This document shows, piece by piece, positions 45,709 through 49,116 of a DNA stretch of 49,116 nt. The first letter of the stretch is position 1. Each line of letters begins with the position of its first letter. The notes beneath the pieces were generated by a model. That model saw only the letters and a program-made list of their open reading frames with translations, was not told where the DNA came from and did not search any database. Position numbers and translations under genes: made by a program. This stretch comes from an uncultured Clostridia bacterium (GTDB lineage: Bacteria > Bacillota > Clostridia > Oscillospirales > Ruminococcaceae), in the NCBI GenBank assembly GCA_944387325.1, contig CALXEN010000030.1:1-49116 (forward strand), read 5' to 3'.

Positions 45709-46998
45709 TTACCGGAGAATGCAGGCTTCCCGGTCGGGGCCTACGCTGATATAGGCGATGGGGCAGCCCACAGCCTTCTCAATGTAGGTCACATAGTCCT
45801 GAGCGGCCTGGGGGAGGTCCTCAAACTTGCGGCAGCCGGTGATATCGCAATGCCAGCCGGGGAGATACTCCACCACCGGCTTGGCGGTGTCCAGGGCCTT
45901 GCCCATGGGGAACCGGTCAGTGAGGGTTCCGTCCTCCAGCTCATACTTTGCCACCACAGGGATCTGCTCCATGTAGTCCAGCACGTCCAGCAGAGTGAAG
46001 GCCAGCTTGTCAGCCCCCTGGCACTCTACCCCATACCGGCTGGCCACCACGTCAAAGGGACCTACCCGGCGGGGACGTCCGGTGGCTGCGCCAAACTCGT
46101 GGCCTGCCTCCCGGAGGAAGTTCTTTTCCTCCTCGGTCATGGCCAGTTCGGCGGTGAAGGGACCATCTCCCACGCAGGAGCTGTAAGCCTTCATGACCCC
46201 CACGGAGAGATCCAGTTTCCGGCCGGGGATTCCTGCGCCGATGGGGGCATAAGCCCCGATCACATTGCTGGAGCTGGTGTAGGGGTAGATACCAAAGTCA
46301 ATGTCCCGGAGGGCGCCCAACTGGGCCTCGAAGAGGATCTTTTTCCCGGCCTCGTCCGCCTTGGCCAGGTACTCCCCGGCGTCGCAGATGTAATCCTTGA
46401 AGATGGCGGCGTACTTCTCACACCAGGCCCAGAGCTCTTCCAGGTCGGTGGGCTTGGCATGGTAGCAGCCCTCCATCACCAGGTTCTTGGATTCCACAAT
46501 GGTGGCCAGACGCTTTCTCACGCTGTCGTCCATGTGAAGAAGGTCCCCCATCCGGAGGGTCTTTTTCATATACTTATCGGCGTAGCCGTAGGCGATGCCC
46601 CGCTTGGTGGAGCCGAACTGGGCCCCGGTCTTGGAGAGGCGCTCCTCCTCCAGACCGTCCTGCTCCACATGAAAAGGCATACAGATGGTGGCCCGGTCGC
46701 TGATCTTCAGGTTTTCCGGGGTGATCTGGATCCCCTTCTCCCGGAGGGCGGCGATCTCCTTGTCCAGGTGAGCGGGGTCAATGAGCATCCCGTTCCCCAT
46801 GACGCAGACCACCTCGGGCCGGAGGATCCCGGAGGGCAGCAGGTTGAGCACAAACTTCCCCCGGGGATTTTTCACGGTCTGGCCGGCATTGTTGCCGCCC
46901 TGGTACCGTACCACGATGTCGTATTCCTGGGACAGCAGGTCCACCATTCGGCCCTTGCCTTCGTCGCCCCAGTTGATGCCGGTGATTGCAGTAAGCAT
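45709..46998 (-). CDS. purA: adenylosuccinate synthetase
   Basis: 429 aa from ATG 46998 (RBS AAAGGAG). Motifs GINWGDEGKGR and GTTKRGIG-like STKRGIAYGY. Confidence 0.95.
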   Translation of the reverse strand: MLTAITGINWGDEGKGRMVDLLSQEYDIVVRYQGGNNAGQTVKNPRGKFVLNLLPSGILRPEVVCVMGNGMLIDPAHLDKEIAALREKGIQITPENLKISDRATICMPFHVEQDGLEEERLSKTGAQFGSTKRGIAYGYADKYMKKTLRMGDLLHMDDSVRKRLATIVESKNLVMEGCYHAKPTDLEELWAWCEKYAAIFKDYICDAGEYLAKADEAGKKILFEAQLGALRDIDFGIYPYTSSSNVIGAYAPIGAGIPGRKLDLSVGVMKAYSSCVGDGPFTAELAMTEEEKNFLREAGHEFGAATGRPRRVGPFDVVASRYGVECQGADKLAFTLLDVLDYMEQIPVVAKYELEDGTLTDRFPMGKALDTAKPVVEYLPGWHCDITGCRKFEDLPQAAQDYVTYIEKAVGCPIAYISVGPDREACILR

Positions 46999-47120
46999 AA
47001 TTTGATCTCCTTTTTGCAATACATCTAAGACGGCCTTTTCCGTTCAAGGATTGCCCGGGATCCGCTGCCTTTACTAACACTTGCATGATAGCATGAACTT
47101 TTTGGTTTGTAAAGCGGCTT

Positions 47121-47300
47121 TTACTTCTGGTCCTCCACAAACCGGATATTGTCCAGCTGGCTTTTCAGGCTGGCCTTCATGGCGTCGATATAGGCCCGGC
47201 GCAGACGGGTCTGTTCCGCCTTTTCCTCCTCGGTGAGGCCCTCCGGAGTCTTGGCCTTGTGAGCCAGCTCGTTGATCCGCTGGATCTCCTGTTGGGTCAT
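47121..47300 (-). CDS. DUF896 (UPF0291, YnzC-like) small helical protein (below the ORF-track cutoff)
   Basis: 59 aa, MTQQEIQRINELAHKAKTPEGLTEEEKAEQTRLRRAYIDAMKASLKSQLDNIRFVEDQK, the typical DUF896 pattern. RBS GGGGAG. Confidence 0.8.
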   Translation of the reverse strand: MTQQEIQRINELAHKAKTPEGLTEEEKAEQTRLRRAYIDAMKASLKSQLDNIRFVEDQK

Positions 47301-47356
47301 GGGTCTTCTCCCCTTTCCTTCTTTTTACCGTTTAGAGTATAGCACAGCGATGTTCC

Positions 47357-47600
47357 AAACGCAAACAGCCCCCGGTTTTGGTACCAGGGGCTGTTCCTAT
47401 CTGTAAACATCCGGCCGGATGGAATGGGTTGTCTGGGCCCACCTGAACCTCCGGCTGAAGGCTCTGGCATAGGTGGGGAGCCAGTGGGGCACGGGAAGAG
47501 GATTCCCTTCCTGCGCTTGGCTGCATAGCGGGCAGCCTACACCACTACTGTTATGTGGGACAGTCTTTTGATTAGACCCGGCCATACCGGGCGGGTGCTT
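47357..47600 (-). ncRNA. unclassified structured RNA candidate with its own intrinsic terminator (5' end uncertain, possibly up to about 47655)
   Basis: No credible ORF. Several GC-rich hairpins. In three stems a G-U wobble appears on the minus strand where the plus strand would have an A-C mismatch. 3' terminator AACAGCCCCUGG...CCGGGGGCUGUU followed by UGCGUUU (47357-47395). Confidence 0.55.
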
Positions 47601-47710
47601 GTTTTTCTATAAAGTCTCTTTTCGGTAAGAGGCTTCCCTTGATTGTTATCCTACTCCCTGATTATGAAAAATCTGTGAGGGAATTCGGAACGGACTGTAA
47701 AACCTTTCCT

Positions 47711-47738
47711 TTGATAACCCCGCCCGCTGTGCTATAAT
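47711..47738 (+). promoter_or_regulatory. promoter of queH
   Basis: TTGATA (47711-47716), 16-nt spacer, TGcTATAAT (extended -10; -10 at 47733-47738). Confidence 0.55.
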
Positions 47739-47789
47739 GTAATCGTATTCTGTCCCTGACCCTATCCTACCACACAGGAGAAATGATTC

Positions 47790-48431
47790 ATGGCGAACCG
47801 TGTAAACTATGCCAAAGAGATGGACAAGGTGTTGGCCGGGCTGGCCGGCGAGCGGCCAAAGCTCCTTCTCCACGCCTGCTGCGCCCCCTGCAGCAGCGGC
47901 ACCCTGCCCCAGCTGGAAGCGCATTTTGACATTACCATACTTTACTATAATCCCAACATCGACCCGCCGGAGGAGTATCACCGCCGGGAGGGGGAGCTGG
48001 AGGCTTTTCTGGAAGCCAGCGGCCGCCGGGGGATCCCGGTGGTGGAGCTGCCTTACGATCCCCGGGAATTCTATGAATCCGTGAAGGGCCTGGAACAGGA
48101 ACCGGAGCGGGGCCGGCGGTGCACCGTCTGTTACCGGCTCCGGATGGAGCAGGCCGCCCGGTATGCGGCGGAGCAGGGGTTTGACTGGTTCACCACCACC
48201 CTCTCCATCAGCCCCCTGAAAGACCCGGTGAGAATCAATGAAATCGGGGCGGAGCTGGAAAAGGAATACGGGGTGAAACACCTGCCCAGCGAGTTCCGGA
48301 AGCGGGACGGGTACAAACACAGCCTGGAGGAGAGCGCCAAGTACCATCTCTACCGGCAGGACTACTGCGGCTGTATTTACAGCCGACTGGAGCGGGAAAA
48401 ACAAGCAGCAGCAAAAAAAGAGGAAGGCTGA
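47790..48431 (+). CDS. queH: epoxyqueuosine reductase QueH (DUF208)
   Basis: 213 aa with conserved Cys clusters HACCAPCS, CTVCYRLR and YRQDYCGC. Confidence 0.9.
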   Translation: MANRVNYAKEMDKVLAGLAGERPKLLLHACCAPCSSGTLPQLEAHFDITILYYNPNIDPPEEYHRREGELEAFLEASGRRGIPVVELPYDPREFYESVKGLEQEPERGRRCTVCYRLRMEQAARYAAEQGFDWFTTTLSISPLKDPVRINEIGAELEKEYGVKHLPSEFRKRDGYKHSLEESAKYHLYRQDYCGCIYSRLEREKQAAAKKEEG

Positions 48432-48446
48432 GCCTTCCTCTTTTTG
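48420..48446. terminator. bidirectional terminator between queH and purB
   Basis: GAGGAAGGC-TGA-GCCTTCCTC with the queH stop codon in the loop, followed by TTTTT. Confidence 0.75.
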
Positions 48447-48457
48447 ATTTGGGAATA

Positions 48458-49116
48458 TTACACCGACAGCTCGGCCTTCTGGCCCAGGCAGTCGGGGTTG
48501 GCATCCAGGAGAGGCTGGATGACCTCTGCCAGATACTCCTCCACCTGCTGGGGATCACGGCCCACAAAGTTCTCGGGTTTCAGCTGGGCCTCCAGGCTCT
48601 CCCGCTCCAGGCCGAAGCTGGGGTCAGCCAGTACCCGCTGGATCAGGTCGTTGGGTTTGCCCTCCTGCTTGACCACAGCGGCTGCGGCAATGGCGTGCTG
48701 GCGGAGCTTCTCGTGGAGCTCCTGCCGGTCCCCGCCGGCCTTGACGGCCTCCATCATAATGTTTTCGGTGGCCATGAAGGGAAGCTCGGCCATGACCCGG
48801 CTGTGGACCACCTTGGGGTAGACCACCAGTCCGTCACAGACATTGAGCATGATCTTCAGGATGGCGTCGGCGGCCAGGAACCCCTCGGCCATGGCAATTC
48901 TCTTGTTGGCGCTGTCGTCCAGGGTCCGCTCAAACCACTGGGTACCGGTGGTGAAGGCAGGGTTGAGAACATCCACCATGAGATACCGTGCAATGGCGCA
49001 GATACGCTCGCACCGCATGGGGTTCCGCTTGTAGGGCATGGCGGAGGAACCGATCTGGTTCTTCTCAAAGGGCTCCTCCATCTCCTTGAAGTTGGCCAGG
49101 AGCCGGACGTCGGTGG
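48458..49116 (-). CDS. purB: adenylosuccinate lyase, C-terminal part (gene continues beyond the window end)
   Basis: Fumarate-lyase signature [11 protein letters not shown]. The reading frame stays open to position 49116, and the internal Met at 49081 is not the true start. Confidence 0.9.
   Translation of the reverse strand, partial: TDVRLLANFKEMEEPFEKNQIGSSAMPYKRNPMRCERICAIARYLMVDVLNPAFTTGTQWFERTLDDSANKRIAMAEGFLAADAILKIMLNVCDGLVVYPKVVHSRVMAELPFMATENIMMEAVKAGGDRQELHEKLRQHAIAAAAVVKQEGKPNDLIQRVLADPSFGLERESLEAQLKPENFVGRDPQQVEEYLAEVIQPLLDANPDCLGQKAELSV

Noticed and set aside
47332-47585. Two 62-64-aa minus-strand ORFs inside the structured RNA region.
   Set aside because: They have no RBS, overlap each other in different frames, and the sequence is better explained by stable helices ending in a terminator.
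47357-47600. Attempts to name the structured RNA as SRP RNA, tmRNA, RNase P, 6S, T-box or a cobalamin riboswitch.
   Set aside because: There is no GGAA/AGCA domain IV motif, no tRNA-like ends and no GAGGAAAGUCC. Only UGGUACC of the T-box core is present, in the terminator loop. There are only partial resemblances to cobalamin elements (GGGAAUCC, CCCACUGG, AGCCGGAG), and these lack the rest of the B12 box and a plausible regulated gene. It is left unclassified rather than forced.

Overview
High-GC Clostridia-type chromosomal segment (Rnf complex, IspH-S1 fusion, PPi-type phosphofructokinases). It is densely coding, with about 47 CDS, mostly on the minus strand, many with overlapping stop/start codons. 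I saw no rRNA, tRNA, CRISPR, transposase or prophage genes. Most of the window is housekeeping: rnfC, pepV, typA, cysS, asnA, recA-recX-rimO-pgsA, prmC, cmk-plsC-ispH/rpsA, purA, purB, queH. Five things stand out. (1) An SOS-like module: an S24 autoprotease repressor with an XRE-type HTH instead of the LexA winged helix, next to a radical-SAM/DUF4130 DNA-repair pair and divergent from a small 2-TM protein. The same ACAAC-N5-GTTGT palindrome sits on its own promoter, on the divergent promoter and on the -35 of recA, and recA has no canonical Cheo box. (2) A tightly coupled 7-gene cassette (44083->35032): SDR, TIM-barrel isomerase, 936-aa polytopic protein, GT2, FAD oxidoreductase, GtrB-like GT2 and 555-aa polytopic protein. 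It runs without a break into the flavoprotein gene and cmk-plsC-ispH/rpsA, and a GtrA flippase gene lies just downstream. I read it as a candidate polyprenyl-phosphate-sugar modification and extracytoplasmic glycosylation system. (3) A 980-aa fusion of two GT-C-type domains (ALG6/Gpi18-like plus PMT/GT39-like), translationally coupled to cysS. (4) An unclassified, roughly 245-nt structured RNA candidate with its own intrinsic terminator (47357-47600, minus strand). (5) Tandem PPi-type PFK paralogs near a CBS-domain pyrophosphatase. A yybP-ykoY Mn2+ riboswitch precedes mntP. All calls come from reading the translated ORFs and the sequence by eye. No database search or folding program was run.
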